Shown here: one piece after another, positions 36,748 to 50,877 of the stretch
Position numbering within the stretch: the first letter of the stretch is position 1
Layout: the number at the start of each line of letters is the position of its first letter
Assembly: GCF_018977255.1 (NCBI RefSeq)
Contig: NW_024704743.1
Span: forward strand, 99,698,001 to 99,762,000
From: Callorhinchus milii
Lineage: Eukaryota
Direction: 5' to 3'
Length of the DNA stretch: 64,000 nucleotides
The notes under the pieces: model-generated
What the model was told of the DNA's origin: nothing
Database searches by the model: none
Seen by the model: only the letters and a program-made list of their open reading frames with translations
Made by a program: the position numbers and the translations under genes

Positions 36748-39530
36748 AACAACAACAATAAAATTACATTTGTATAAGCCTTTCACGTTGGGAGGACGTC
36801 CCAAGGTGCTGGACAGTCAAAGTTTCGGACCTGAGCCTGTGGTTGGGATCGGGGAGGGTTGAGGGCAGGGGGGAAAGCAGGATGATCGAAAACACAGTCG
36901 AAGATAGGGGTCTTGAGATGGGTCTTAAAGGAGGCAAGGGAGGGGATGAGATGAAGGGACTGGAGGATGGAGTTCCAGAGGGTGGGGGCATAGTGGCAGA
37001 AGGTCCACCTGACAATGGTAGGGCGAGCAAGACGGGGTATGTGAAGCAGGCCAGAGCCCGCTGAGGGGAGGGAGCGGGTAGGATGGTAGGGGGTTGGTAG
37101 GTCGCAGAGGTAGGGGGGAGCAAGACCATGGAGGGTTTTGAAGGTGAAGACCGGGATCTTGAACTGTATCTTTTAGCCAGTGGAGTTGGACAAGGATGAT
37201 GGTGATAGGGTCATGGAGCTTGGTGCGGGAGAGGATACAGGCTTCAGAGTTCTGGATGATCTGCAGCCTATGGAGGGAGGAGTTGAGGAGGCCGACAAGC
37301 AAGGAGTTTACATAGTCAAGTTTCGATGTAATGAAAGCATGTATGAGGGTTTTGGCGGCCTGCGGTGTGAGACAGTGGCAGAGCCAGGTGATGTTGCGGA
37401 GGTGGGGGATAGCAGAGCAGGTCGTAGCTGCTGTGACTGCATGGGATAGATGTGGGATAGAAAGGATAGTTGAGGATCAAACAAGGTGACAAAGAGGACG
37501 AGGAGGCAGAGGGAGCCCTGGTCACAGATGGACAGAATGTCATTTGTCACTTTGACCAGGGCTGTTTCTGTGCTGTGGGTGGCACGGAACCCAGTTGGAG
37601 GGGGTCGAGATGGGAAGGGAGGAAGAGGAAGGAGTGAAGCTGAGAAGCAACAACTCATTCCAGGACCTTGGAGAGGAAGGGGAGGTTGGAGATGGGGCGG
37701 TGGTTAGGGAGTAGGGAAGGTTCCAGGAAGGGATTTTTAAGGGTATGAGTGATGAAAGCATTTTTTAATCGGGGGGGGGGGGGGGGAGGGGGGGGGAGAC
37801 AGTGCCAAATGACAGGGAGAGGTTCATGATGTCAGTGAGTAAAGGGCAAGGAGGTGGAGCTGGGAAGTAAGTAGAGGGGTAGGGATGGAATCGAGAAACA
37901 GGTGGTTGGTTTCATGTGGGTTATAGTGGTGGTGAGAGAGGAGTGAGAGACAGATTCAATGGTGTGGAGGAAGGGAGGGATAGGCAGGGACCGGGGTGGA
38001 AGGGGGAGATGGGGTTGGTGTAGTAGACGGAAGGGCAGAGGCAGCTGAGTGGATCGCCTCAACTTTGGATTCAAGGAAGTCTAGCATTACCTTGCAGTTG
38101 GCATTGGAGAAGAGGATGAGCAAGGCGTGAAAGGGTGGGTGGAGGAGCCGGTTAGTAATGAAGAAGAGGAGCCAGGATTTATCCTTGGCCTCCAAGATTG
38201 CCTTGGAGTATAATGATGACTTAGCGGAGGCGAGGGCGGAGTGGTAGGATTTGATAAAATCCAGCCAGATCTGCCGATGGACCGTTAAGTTTGATTTAAG
38301 CCAGGTGCGTTCAGCCCACGCAACTGTGCTTTAAGGGAGTGGAGGTGGCTGGTGCACCATGGTGACTTACGTGAATAGGAGACGGTTAGGGAAGAGAGGA
38401 GAGCAAGGGAATCTAGAGTGGAGGAGAGGGAGTTGTGGAGAAGAGTAACCAAGGAGGATAGATCATTGTGGGAGGAAGCCCAGAGGGGAAGGAGTTCAGA
38501 TGTCTCAAGGCAGCTGAGAGGGAGGTGGGGGGCAGATTTTTTTCCAGGTGCGGTAGAAGATGGAGGTGGTTTGGGTGGCGTTGGGGAGAGGGATTGAAGA
38601 GTTAAGGGAGATGAAGTGATGGTCCGAGATCACTTTATCGATGATGGTGAGGTCCGAGATGGTGATGCCTCGAGTGGTCACCAAGTCGAGGGGATGACAA
38701 CGGACATGGGTGTTGGAGTGGATGTGGAGGAAGAGGTTGAGGGAGGAGATAAAGGGGGAAAAGTCAACAGAGGTAGAGCAGGAGGGGGTGAAGTGAAGGT
38801 TGAAGTCACCTAGGATGAGGAGGCATTCAGAGCAGAGCGAGATGGAAGATAGGAGATTGTAGATGTTGGGGATGAAGGTGGGGGAGTCTTAGGTTGGTGA
38901 TAGATAAGGAGAATTTTGAGGAAATGGTTGGAGGGGTAATAACCATAAGGTGCTCAAAGGAGGGAAGGTTCCAAAGGAGTAAGGGGATAGGCCGAGCGGG
39001 AACCAGGAGATGAGAGCCACACCGCCACCATGGTGATTAGGTCAAGGGGTATAATGGAAGGTGTAGCTGAGTGGTGTGGCCTCCATCAGGGGGAAGGTTT
39101 CGCCTGGATTGATCCAGGTTTCAGTGAAGGTGAGATTGTCAATGTTTTCATCGATGATGAGGTCTTGGATGGTGAGTGTTTTATTGGAGAGGGAGCGGAC
39201 ATTTTGTAGGCCGATGCGGGGGGACAATTGATGGCAGAATATGGCGGCTGAAGGGGAGGACTGACAGGGAGGCTGGGGTGTGGATGATGGTGGAGAGGAA
39301 GTGGTGGGAATGGGGATAGGGTAGTAGGCTGTTTGATGGTCAAGCATGGATAGGAGTCGAGGAGTGTGGTGGGAGAGGAGGACTTAGCGGGAAGTAATGG
39401 AGGGTAGAGGACAGGGATGAGAGCATTTTGGGAAGCGGCTCGGGTCGGTGGCAGCAGTCAAAATGCGCACACCAAGACTAAGAGCGTAAGAGTGAACAGC
39501 AGAGGGGTTGTGGTGGGGGTGCAGTGAGGC
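36748..39530 (-). mobile_element. Long degenerate L2 spanning the APE endonuclease N-terminus to the tail, RT core deleted near 37485
   Basis: IGLQNVRSLSNK...TETWINPGE (APE EN) at 39042-39347; GFRATHSTETALVKVTND joined directly to LFDPQLSF; (TTG)n tail. Confidence 0.85.
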
Positions 39531-40570
39531 ATGGGTTATCATGGTGAGAGGAGACAATGTTATAGCAGGAAAGGTGAATGCAGAAGAGGTTCTGGAGATG
39601 TAACCAAAATGTTTCTGAATACATTACCTGGATCATGAGTACTATCTACTTCAAAAGCTCACTTTCCACATGGTATTGTACAGAATCAGCAAGATTCCCT
39701 GGAGACTGAATTGCCTGGTAAGTGTTCTTGAATTTGTTTAAAATTGCAATCTGCCCTCAGGTACTCAACAACAAAAGTTGTCTGAATATATAACATTGAT
39801 GTACACAACAAACAGGTGATGGTGGAAGACAGGTGAACTCAATAATTCTTCTAAATGGGATTGAAATTGTAATATTCTTAACAGGATTTGATAAAGATTC
39901 ATGAATGTTAAAACATGCAGGTAACAGGTTGTGTACCACACCTGCTGCTAACAGGAAACCCAACTATATTCACACATCTTCTCTTGGCCAACAACTCGCA
40001 TTTATATAGTGCCCTTCAAACACAGTAGTGTCTCAGAGTCCTGAAAGGCCACTTCAAAGCCCCCAGAAGGAAATGGAGTGGAGTCCTTGCAGGTTGAGAA
40101 AATACTCATCCAGTTAACTGCAGAATTCAATAGTTCAAAACCTTCTTGAATCCTGTTGCAAATATACTTGTGAATGTGAACTACATTTTGCTTCAGAAAT
40201 TTAAATTTATAAGTTGAAAGTAGAGAGCAAATAGATGCCAGATTATAACAATAATCCTTGCATTTGATGTAGCACCTTTATAAGATTGAGAACATTCAAA
40301 AAGGTTCCCAAAATGTCAGTAAGGTGGTATGGCTGCACATTTTTTCAGCAAACTCGGCAGCCAATTTGCCCACAGCAATGTCCCATAAACAGTCATGAGA
40401 AGAATAATCAATTTTATCTCAGGAATTATTATCCAAGATACCCGGGGAAAACACCTTTGTCTTTTCAAATCGTACCATGAGATCTTTAACATCCACTTGA
40501 ATAGGTAAGCAACACCTTGGTTATAGTCTCATATGAAGAACAGCACCTCTGACAATGCAGCATTCCCCCA

Positions 40571-40939
40571 GTGAAATCCGATAGCTCAGTGGTTAGAGCA
40601 CTCGACTCGCAAGCGTTCATTTCCTGGCAGGGTGAAATGTTGAGTAAGTTTCCTTACTTCACATGCCTCTGTTTACCTAGCAGTAAGTAGGAAACTGGTT
40701 GTTAGTCTATTGCTGGATTGCTTTTCCTGGGGTCATAACTCCTTCAAAAAAAATAACAGTAATAAATTGGTCACTTCAATCCATGTCTGTTTGTGGGATG
40801 CTGTTGTTTGCAATTGGTTGCCGCGTTTTGCTCACAACATATATAGTCAATTCACTTTACAGTATATTCTGTGAAGCACTTTGAGACGTCTCGAAGACAT
40901 GATAAGGCTCTTTATCAAATGCAAGGATTATTATTATTG
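40571..40939 (+). mobile_element. tRNA-head Deu-SINE, long subfamily
   Basis: TAGCTCAGTGGTTAGAGCACTCG head; CTCTGTTTACCTAGCAGTAAGTAGGAA segment; tail GAGACGTCTCGAAGACATGATAAGG (TTA)n. Confidence 0.8.
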
Positions 40940-42389
40940 TATGCCCAAGGTAGGAACTCAACCTTCTGATCCACAGTTTGGAACTTTGAAACTTTAATCT
41001 AGAATAAAATTAAATATTTTTACACAATAACGGACTATAATAATGCTTCTTCCTTATATTTTCTTGGTATTTCCTGGAATTAACTAATTTCTTCTTTCCT
41101 GGAGATTAGGCTGTAAATGTTATCAAATCTTTTACATGGAAACAATAGCATTTTTTACATTTGTATCCAATTTGAATTTCTTTCTGTACTAAAATACTAA
41201 AGTGATCTGGGTTTTAAAAAGTACAGGGAGGTAACAGATGTGGGCGGCATGCTGGGATGGTGACTTGTTGCACTAACAGTAAGGTTAATGATGAAAACTG
41301 GTGAGTTCTAATTGCTCTGAACAGCCAGATGTCAAGGCCACTCCCAGGAATAGCTCTTGCCACACTGGTAACCATAGCAATGAAAGTTTTGGAAAGCTAA
41401 CAGCAGGGGTACCCAACTCACTGCAATGGTTGCTCTGGCACTTCAAATTACCAGGGTCAACAGGGCAGGCAGTTTCCTCTCTACAAGTAGAATTCCCTGG
41501 GAGAATGGGAGACTTTGAGTTTGCGATCTTTCTTAATGGGATTCCTTAAGGAACCTGCCAATGAAGACTCCTTCTGGTAAGTAGATGAACATCTCTTGGA
41601 CCTATAGTACTACGGTCTGACTTCATTGGCTCCCCCAAATATTTTCATGGGCCCAGTTGCCGCTTAAAAGGGATGAATGGCCTCTCTGGACTTATTCACA
41701 TTTACCGATAAATACACAGATCACTATCCTTGACAACAATTATCTGGGAAGCTTTCTGAGATGTTTCTAGATTTCAATAACAACAACTTGCTTTTATATA
41801 GTTCCTTTCAGATGGGGCAACATCTTGGAGCAATTAAGGAGTTATATCTAATGCAAAGATTATTATTATAGTACAATACATATTTATATTTATGTAGCAC
41901 CTTTCATGTCGTGAAGAGGTGCCAAGGCAATTGACAGTTATTATTATTGATTGATAGTCATGAAAAATAGAATAGTTGAGAGCTATATCTTTCTAGCGCT
42001 ACTTGCAGATTTATAGCCTTTATATATTCTGAAAATAATATTCTATTCAAGGTGTTTGTCACTTAAACCCACTTCACCTGCTCCCCCAATCTCTCTCTCT
42101 CACACACACACACACACTGTTCAAAACCAACGTCAGTATTCTCTGCTTACTCTACATCAAGTCACATAACAAAAACAAATTCACCAGTTGTGGTGAGAGC
42201 AAGATTCTCCTTGATGTGTGAGCAAATCTTTCATAGTTTACACTGGCTTGACAGCGCTCACACATTATGTATCTCATTCTCATAGAAGAAAGTCATTGGA
42301 TTCATTTTGGCAACAACTGGAGTGTGGCACAACAAAGTGACACCTCTTTCAAAGAGGACAACAGTGCTCCAAAAAAAATCCAATTCAAC

Positions 42390-42898
42390 CACAACAACAA
42401 CAATAAAATTATATTTGTAAAGCGCCTTTCACATCGGGAGGATGTCCCAAGGTACTGAACAGTCAGGGATCAGGACCTGAGCGCGGGGGGCAGGGTTGGG
42501 ATGAGGGAGGGCAGAAGGCATAGGAGGGTAGCTGAAGGCACGGTCAAAAAGGAGGGTCTTAAGTTGTGCCCGGAAGGAAGCAAGTGAGGGAGCAAGGCGA
42601 AGAGATTGTGGGATGGAGTTCCAAAGGATGGGGGCAGAGAGGCTGAAAGCCCGGCCGCCAATGGTAGGACGGGTCGGGCGAGAGACCTGGAGCAGCCGGA
42701 GCCTGCTGAATGGAGGAAGCGGACAGGCTGATAGGAGATCAGTAGGTCAGAGATGTAGGAGGGTCAAAGCCATGGAGGGCCTTGAAAGTGACGACGAGGA
42801 TTTTGAATTCTATCCGCTGAGGGATGGGGTGCCAGTGGAGCCGGGCGAGGGTGGGGGTGGTGAGGTCACAGAGCCTGGTATGGGAGAGCCACTGGGAT
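42390..42898 (-). mobile_element. L2 3' fragment
   Basis: LARLHWHPIPQRIEFKILVVTFKALHG; tail on the minus strand. Confidence 0.8.
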
Positions 42899-43366
42899 GA
42901 ATGACTCACCACAAGGTTGAAATGACTTGGTGTCAATGGCAAGATGGTGTGAGTAATAAATCTCAGGTAGCCCAATGACCGAGACACAAGTCCTGGATTC
43001 TGCTCCTGTGGTCTTTGAAAACAGGTGGGTTTATCTATTACGGCACACCAGCAACTTGCAAAGAGTGTGAATCAAGAGTAATCCCTCTCACAGCTCAGTG
43101 CAGTAGCTTTTGTGAGCAAACATGCACATCCTCAAGGTGAGCAGGGAATAAAACCATAACCCAGACAAAAATTGAAGACCCGAGTGAGTTCATAACATCA
43201 GTTTGGATGAAGATGGCCAGAACATCCATCGTACCATACTCTACTGCCCTCCCATTGCAGCATCAAGGTTTTTTTTGAAAATGCGAGTTAAGTAATAAGT
43301 TTTCTCATCAAAAGTATGCAAAGCGATGAAAAGTTTGATAGAGTTACCAAACAGCACATTACTTAC

Positions 43367-43477
43367 TTCTGTGTCACGAGTGGATTGTTTTTGATAATAA
43401 GCTTTCAGCTTCCTGAAAGTTCTTCCAGTCTCCCTGCACCAATTTCTTTTTAAGATTTCAACTGACATTATGTAACA
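43367..43477 (-). other. Candidate exon (111 nt, phase 0/0), protein not recognised
   Basis: Acceptor tgtttgtttcag, donor GAA|gtaagt, single open frame CYIMSVEILKRNWCRETGRTFRKLKAYYQKQSTRDTE. Confidence 0.25.
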
Positions 43478-44139
43478 CTGAAACAAACAGTAATATTATA
43501 ATAAAAAAAGCCACAAAGTGCTAGGATTAGAATTATACTGTAGGCTAGAAATTGTGGTGTGTCATGTGTTAATTGACATGAACCTTGCAATTTTCACCAA
43601 TCAATATAGCTGATTTTTCAGTTTATGGATCACAGGCCACTGTGATATTAACTCCATGTGACAAACATGAAAAATAATAAACACATTTTAAGAACAAAAT
43701 AAAATTTTGAACATAGTGGGGGAACGTTTGCAATTTTTAAAAAGCATTTTAAACATTCTTTGGGTTAGTTTATGCCAGCATATGACATCTACCAGCAAAA
43801 CCTAACAGAATATATGCTTAAAAAAACACAAACTTTATCACTTTATTTCTGTTCATCCTGTATTCCTTCTTCTTGTCTAGTTTCTCTATCTTTTCTCTCT
43901 TCTTGAATGCTTCTTGATTTATGGCCACACCATTAAAAGCCAGCCTAGACTCTGAGTCAAAGTCACGATGTGAAGCTTAAAACAAAAGAGTGTTTCTCCT
44001 GGTAACCTGGTAACTCGATCATCACGAGAAAAATAACAGGAGCCAAACTGATATTTCTGCTTATTGACACGAAAAAATAATTGAAATACTTTTCTTACCT
44101 TATATTCTGTACACTAACTGTGGCTTCAGCATCTTCATA

Positions 44140-44850
44140 TCTACCATGGCTCCCTCTCAAGCCCAAACCGCTTTCCACTCACATGTCATCTGAAGGCCAA
44201 AAACAACTCCAAAATCCTGTTCTCTTCCACACAGCACCTTCTCCTCGGCCCCTCTCAAACACTCTCGATCCTTACTTTTGATGACTTCTTTATCTCTAAA
44301 ATAGATAACATCCACCTGGCTGCCTCCTTCTCCTCCCCTCCCCCATGTTGCCTACCCCACCTCCCACCCCCATGTCTTAATCATCACCCTCTCCTCCTAC
44401 CTCGGCTCCTACCATGGCCCCCACCTTAAACTCCTTTGCTGCCATCTCTCATTCCTCTCTTTTCCCCACCATAACCCAGACCATCCACGCTGTTTTCTCC
44501 CTCTGCCATGGCTCATGTCATCTCCTTACACTCCTTTGCCCCCATTTTTCCCTCCTTCCTCTCAACCACAATCACCGCATGAAGTTCACCACCTGCTGCC
44601 TCGACCCGCTCCCCACCCAGCTTCTGGTCACTCAACTCCCCATCCTCTGCCCACTGCTGGCTGATACAATCAACCAGTCCCCAAGCCTCTCTTCAGGCTC
44701 TGTTCCACTCCCCATCAAAAAAGCTGTTATCACTCCTCTTCTTTAAAAAACTACCCTTGATCCCTCCAACCTCACAAACTTCAAACCCATCACAAAACTG
44801 CCCTATCTGGCCAAAGTCTTTGAACCTGTCATTGCGAACCAACTTTGCTC
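44140..44850 (+). mobile_element. L2 internal fragment (EN-RT linker)
   Basis: MKFTTCCLDPLPTQLL...PLLADTINQS..SSGSVP...KKAVITPLL. Confidence 0.8.
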
Positions 44851-47497
44851 ATACTTCACAAGATTTCTTTGTGAAGTGTAATGACTTTGTACTCGTAGGC
44901 AAACACAGTAGTAAATTTGTGCACAGCAATGTCCTACAAACAGCCATTAAATGAATCACCAATTTTATCTGGAGAATTGTTGGCCAAGTTACTAGGAGAA
45001 ACTACCTTCTCTTTTTCAATAGTACCATGAAATCTTTAATATTCACCTGAACAAGCAGACAGGACCTTAGTTTATCATCTCATCTGAAAGCTCCAACAAT
45101 GCAGCACACCACCAGTATTGTAATGGAGTGTCATCTTAGATTGTGAGCTCAAAGCCCTGATGTGATGCTTAAATGCACAAATTTCTGACTGGGAGACGAG
45201 AGTGATACCAACTGAGGCAGTGACACAACAATGTTTACTTCAATTGACTTGCTTTCAGTCACCTGATATCTGTGCAGTACTCTATTCCATTGATTCCCCT
45301 GTAATCCCATTCTTTAGGATTTGATTAAATTTCTGTCCTTTATGGTTTAGCGAGTTATTATATTACTATCAGTTTGAATTACCTTCAAATTGATGTTTTG
45401 TCTTTTATTCTTTGTGACTTGTTCCCCACTCACTTCAACATCAAATGAATTTAACTCTTGATGATATCACTATAAATGCAAATTATATCATTTGGTTATA
45501 ATTAAGTGTAATTATATGGATGCTATTGATTTTGAAGTAACTCAAATGTTATTTTTTATTTTGCATACGCATATCTTGCTTTTCTCCTATTTAGATGTCA
45601 GCTTGGCACTGTCAGTGGTGTACATGATTGTGGGTCAGAAGGTTGTGTGTTCAAACTCCATGTTAGGACTTGAGGTTGTCAAAAATTTAAGTTGGGCATT
45701 CCCCTCAAATGTTTGCAGGATTTCGGTGTGCAGATTGACTTCTGTGTTTTTCCACTGAAAAATAGTCACTACGCTTGACAAAATTACTTTGAGAAGTTTT
45801 CATGTTATGGGCACTAGAAAAATGCAAATTACTTAATTAGAGAGATCACCAACAACTTTGTGAGAATGATTCAAAGTACTTCAAGGTCACTTGGTTACTC
45901 ATTGCTTTGTTGATTGTTTGATGTTCCTGGCTGCTGTTTGGCTGGCTTTATTTATGTTTGATCACTTTAACTGGTTTACAATATGCTGTACTCTATGTGT
46001 AGTCATTATACTGAGCTTTAAATAATTGATTGGCTGCTGAAATCTTCAATTTCCTGTCATTGTGCCACTTTATTGACCTATTCAATCTGTGCCTTCGTAC
46101 TTTCTAGTCCAAACAAAATCCAATTGCTCCCATCACCAGTAATAAAATGCACAGACAGGATCAAGGAAGTCACACATTATCTGCATAGACTGAATATATA
46201 GCTGTTTCTCAGAATGTTTAATTAAACCACTTTAGTCGTTTTTTGTTCAATATTCTAGGTTGCCCAGGACTGTATTCATTATTGGTAGCTCCATTTCTGT
46301 GCTTACTAAGTGTAGAATAGAAGAAAGTAATCCTCATTTTTAGGAAAACCTTTAGGAGCTATATCTAGGAGAAGATGTAGATACCAGTTTCTCTAATCCG
46401 AAGTGTGAAGAGTGCTAACTTCACACATGTAGTCCTGAATTAAAGTTCTAAAAGACCATCATTTACTTTTTATTTTGGGCAGCCGGGCCTCTGACACATG
46501 CAGAAAAACATATCCATACTTAAGAGAAGCTAAGTAAGCCAAGGCTTGGAGACCCTTAGGCACTCTTTGGTGCACTACTGTTGTTTAATCACCTAAAACC
46601 ACATAACTTGCCATTAAGAGTACTGGCAAGCTTCTTGCTGCTTTTCCAGCTAGGACCACCGTACCCATTAGGACCTTAGCTTGCACATCCTCTCAATGTA
46701 AAATGAGCTATATAAATGCAATCTGTTGTTGTTGCTGCAGGGTTAACAGGAATTGGGTGGGAGGAATTCATGATCCAGTGACCCGTCTGACCCTCTAAAT
46801 CCTGCAGATGAACCTATTACAAGCAGTGCCCTGGAATGCTGTGGACCCACTTGGCTCAGCAACTAGACTAGACTGTCACATAGGTTTGACTAAATTCCAA
46901 CATTCTGTTTTCAGCACCACCTTAGCCCCACGGAGATCGTGCTTACCTCAGCCCACCCACAACCATGATAGCAATCTTTTACTTGAACTGACTTATGTTG
47001 CTATCAATGTCTTCTTGCCTCTTGATGAGCTATCACCATGTGTGGGGATGCTTCTACTGGGTCACATATACCCTATTTATCAAACTCTTTTACAAATACA
47101 CTTCTTTTAATCGATTATAAAATGTCACAGACAAGCCTAAAGTCCATATTGTCTACTCAAGATCAACTTGTATAGTGAGATCAAAAGGAAAAAAAATCAC
47201 AAATTTATATACAATTGATTTTTTTGTTAAGAAATAATGGAATTTTAAATGATCTAATATAAGTGAAACTATGTTATCTTCAATAGCTTCAACAAGACCC
47301 AATGAGTGAATTCTAGTCAACCCCTAAACTGCACATAGATATCTGCATGTGGTAATGGACATCCCAAAGGTGCCACAGTTCCTTCATTAAGATTTGCCTG
47401 TAAGCAGCAGTTGTATCTCCAAATAAGGAATTCTGACTCGATATAGGGAATGCCGAGTTGAAACACCTTATTTGGTATTACAGGTAAGCTGCCTCAG

Positions 47498-48025
47498 GAA
47501 GCCGTTGTCAATCCTGGAGCAAATACCATATTTTTGATCCCAATATATTGTAAATAATAGACCAGATTACATTCGAATTTATTGAAAACGCATTAAATGA
47601 ATTATGATTTAAGATTATAAAACAAATTATAATAAAAATAGTAATAATCCACACATTTTTTGATATATGTTCATAATGTTGAAACATCCCAAACTGCTGG
47701 CAGGTGTAATGACTGTATTTGCAGACAGGAAGCAGCCAATTTGCACACAGCAATTTCCCACGAATGAACCATTTATTTGGCCAGGCGAACGAGAGGAACT
47801 CTCTCTTCTTTTTGAATAGTGCCATGGGCTCTGCAACATCCACCTGAACAGACAAATGGGAAATTACCGACTGCAACAGGTTACTAAAAAGGTGGTTGAA
47901 GCTAGAATGCTGGATTCATTTAAAAAAGAGTTTGCTATGGTGTTGGGAAGATAATAGGGTGGGTATTCTGAAAACATGGGATCAAGTGGGCAGAAGGGCC
48001 TTCTTCATCCGAACCTCTCGTGTGA
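47498..48025. repeat. Left arm of ~530 bp inverted duplication (right arm 48744-49279)
   Basis: GCCGTTGTCAATCC at 47501 versus GGATTGACAACGGC at 49263; the unique + SINE + CR1-tail mosaic is colinear in reverse complement. Confidence 0.85.
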
Positions 48026-48743
48026 TCAGTTTGTATGTACTCCTAATGAGCTGCCTCAGGAAGCCGACTACTGTTTTTAATGTCAATTTGTGTGTCTTTT
48101 TGAACAGCACATGGCTGGCTGATCAGAGGAGCAGCGGCATGGGCACTGAGACCCAGAGCAGCTCTTCGAGGCCAAGTCTCGATTGATTGCAGAACAGTGG
48201 CACTAATTAAGTTAAAGGAACAAACTTGTACTGCTTCTGAACCGATTCATTGTGCTGATTAACAAAGGGAATATCCTATGAAAGGTCCACAATATTTAGC
48301 CCGAAATTTCTATGTTTCAATACAATGTGAGATATAGTGCAAAGCTGGCACCTGCAACTGGTTTTGCAAAATGTCAAAGCCTAATGTGCACAATGCCCTT
48401 TCAATCTATGGCATTCCATACAGCAATGAATCATTGTAATGTGCCAGCAATAATGGAACTTTGCAGAGCCAAGTCTAAGGAATTTCAATCACCTGTTCTG
48501 TCTTATCACACTTGAATCAGTTGAAAACAATCACGTTACCTTCAAATAGAATCAGCAATTCTTCAGATACTACTGATCTTGCTTTGAGTTCAGCAAGTTA
48601 TTGCTTTGAGTTCAGCAAGTTATTGCTTAGTTTTTTGTGATCTGATGAGTGTGCTTGAGACAAAGCGAGTCATCCTATTGCTTTCAGTACTCAGGTTCCA
48701 TTTTGACTGTGATTAAAGTCGGCAGAAAGTTCTTTTTCTAAGT

Positions 48744-49279
48744 TCACAAGAGAGGTTCAGATGAAGAAAGTCCTTCTGCCCAATTAATCCCATCTTTTCA
48801 GAACGCCCACCCTGCTTCCCATCACAGCAACAAACTCTAATTTAAATGAGTCCAGCTTTCTAACGTCAACCTGTTGGAGCCATTGATTTCCCATTTGTCT
48901 GTTCAGGTGGACGTTACAGAACCCATGGCACTATTCAAGAAGAAGATAGAGTTCCTCTCATTCTCCTGGGCAACAATCCCCCCCAAAAAATGGATTATTA
49001 ATTTCGTGGTCATTTGTGGGAAATTGCCGTGTGCAAAATGTCTGCTGCCTGTCTGCAAATATGGTCATTACACCTGCCAGCAATGCCCTGTGAAGCTGTT
49101 TGGGATGTTCCAACATTATGAGCATATGTGTGGATTATTGCTATTTCTATTATAATTTGTTTTATAATCTTACACCATAATTTATTTAATGTCGATAAAT
49201 TGGAATGTAATTTGGTCTATTATCTACAATACATTGGGATCAAAAATATGATATTCGCACTAGGATTGACAACGGCTTC
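48744..49279. repeat. Right arm of ~530 bp inverted duplication
   Basis: ORFs 47508-47876(-) and 48874-49155(+) give near-identical translations (ISHLSVQVDV.EPMALFKKK.EFLSF.W). Confidence 0.85.
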
Positions 49280-49359
49280 TTAACTATTGAATTGTGTCAG
49301 TAATCAGCTGTACGTCATGCCATCCCGGAGGTCTGAATCAATGTGATGATAATCAATAA

Positions 49360-49615
49360 CTTTTCTTTACACAGAGTTTTGTGGGATTGTTGAATTCAAT
49401 TCTTCAAAGGATTGTTAAATGCAACAATCAGGAATTGGTGGGAATTTTTAAGAGGGAAGTAGGCTTCTTTAACGTGGCTAGGAACGGTATCAGAGGACAT
49501 GGAGAAAAGGCAGACAAATAGTACTGAGCAACAGATCAGCCATGACCTAAGAAAATGGCAGAGCAGGTTCAATGGGCTGAATAGCCTATTCTTTGCAACT
49601 AGATTATGTTTTCTT
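49360..49615 (+). mobile_element. Decayed CR1 3' end
   Basis: TTCTTTACACAGAG...GAATTC (FFTQ...NS), GATCAGCCATGA...GGGCTGAATAGCCTA tail. Confidence 0.6.
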
Positions 49616-49657
49616 TAAATGCTTGCATTCAGTGCTATCAGTGGCAGCTCTGCGGTT

Positions 49658-50000
49658 TTAGGTTAGTGGTTAGAGCACTCCCCTCGCAATCGAGAGGACC
49701 TAGGTTCAAATTTCAGACAGGGTAAAACATTGGGCAAGTTTCCTTACTCAATACACATCTGTTTACAAAGTAGTAAGTAGGAACCCGGTTGTTAGTTGAT
49801 TGATGGATCACTTTTCTAGGAGTAATAATCCCTTAAAAAAAAATTATTTGGTCACTCAATCCACAACTGTGCACAATTGGCTGGTGAGCTTCGTCCACAA
49901 AATATACAGCTAATTCGCTTCACAGTATATTCTGTGAAATGCTTTGAGACATCTCCAAGATGTGATAAGGTACTATATCTAATGCACGAGTTATTATATA
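49658..50000 (+). mobile_element. tRNA-head Deu-SINE, long subfamily
   Basis: AGTGGTTAGAGCACTC, GGGCAAGTTTCCTTACTC, AGTAAGTAGGAACCCGG, tail GAGACATCTCCAAGATGTGATAAGG. Confidence 0.75.
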
Positions 50001-50749
50001 TTATTAATATTATAGCTGGTTAGACTCCAGCAATACACAACTTTGGCGTCGCCAAGCCTCGGCGCTTGCCAGCCTACGTCTAATACTTTCTGCAATTAGG
50101 TAACCAGGGAGAGAGTGAACATTCCATTCAAATAAATAGCTCTGGAATTTCTATGTGTAGGTGGGATCCGTGGAATCCTCAGTTTGGTTTGGATATTCTT
50201 AAGCATAGTCTCAGACATGCGTCCAACCAACAATTTAAAAAAATATCTACGGGAGAAAATACACGTTTTCTATGATTAAGTCATGGCAATAAAGTCCATA
50301 GCCCTGTATGGTCCCAACTTTGCTGAGATGCCGTCTGACGTGGAGAGTGCTATATAAATCCAAGTTGTTGTTGTTGCTGCTTTCTGTTCTATGTTGAGCT
50401 AGTTGATGACTCAGGCAGCAGATAACTGTCAAATTTGGCCTAACTAACCCTGGAATCGTAAAGGAGGAAAATCTGCCAGATTTCTCATTCTGTTTCCAAT
50501 CCAGATATCCCTGCTGCAAAAATATGTGTGTTGTGAGTGTGTATGTGTGGGAAGATTTGGGTGAGAACAGCTTATAGCTTATATAATTTATATATGTATA
50601 TCATATATTTTATATATTTTATAGCCAGTGCTAGTCCTTATGGTTTCATATAATGAAAGGATTTCCGTTATTAATGAACAGTCAAGTGACTAACAGTCTT
50701 TGCTCTCACAATCAGTTTGACAAGGTACTGCAAGGTGTGGGAACTTTAC

Positions 50750-50877
50750 CCCAGAATGAGTTTGTGTCTTCAAGGGAGGAGTAAAGAATGAAAGTTGAAT
50801 GGAAACATTGCAGAATAAACAAAATTAAGCTTTGCAGCAAGTCTTTCCCAAAAATCTCTTCTTCTTCGTCTTCCTCT
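50750..50877 (-). other. Candidate exon (128 nt), protein not recognised
   Basis: Acceptor cctagtttcag, weak donor G|gtaaag, open frame EEDEEEEIFGKDLLQSLILFILQCFHSTFILYSSLEDTNSFW. Confidence 0.2.

Noticed and set aside
48579..48628. 22 bp tandem duplication TTGCTTTGAGTTCAGCAAGTTA x2
   Set aside because: Ordinary slippage duplication; only two units and no spacers, so not CRISPR-like.
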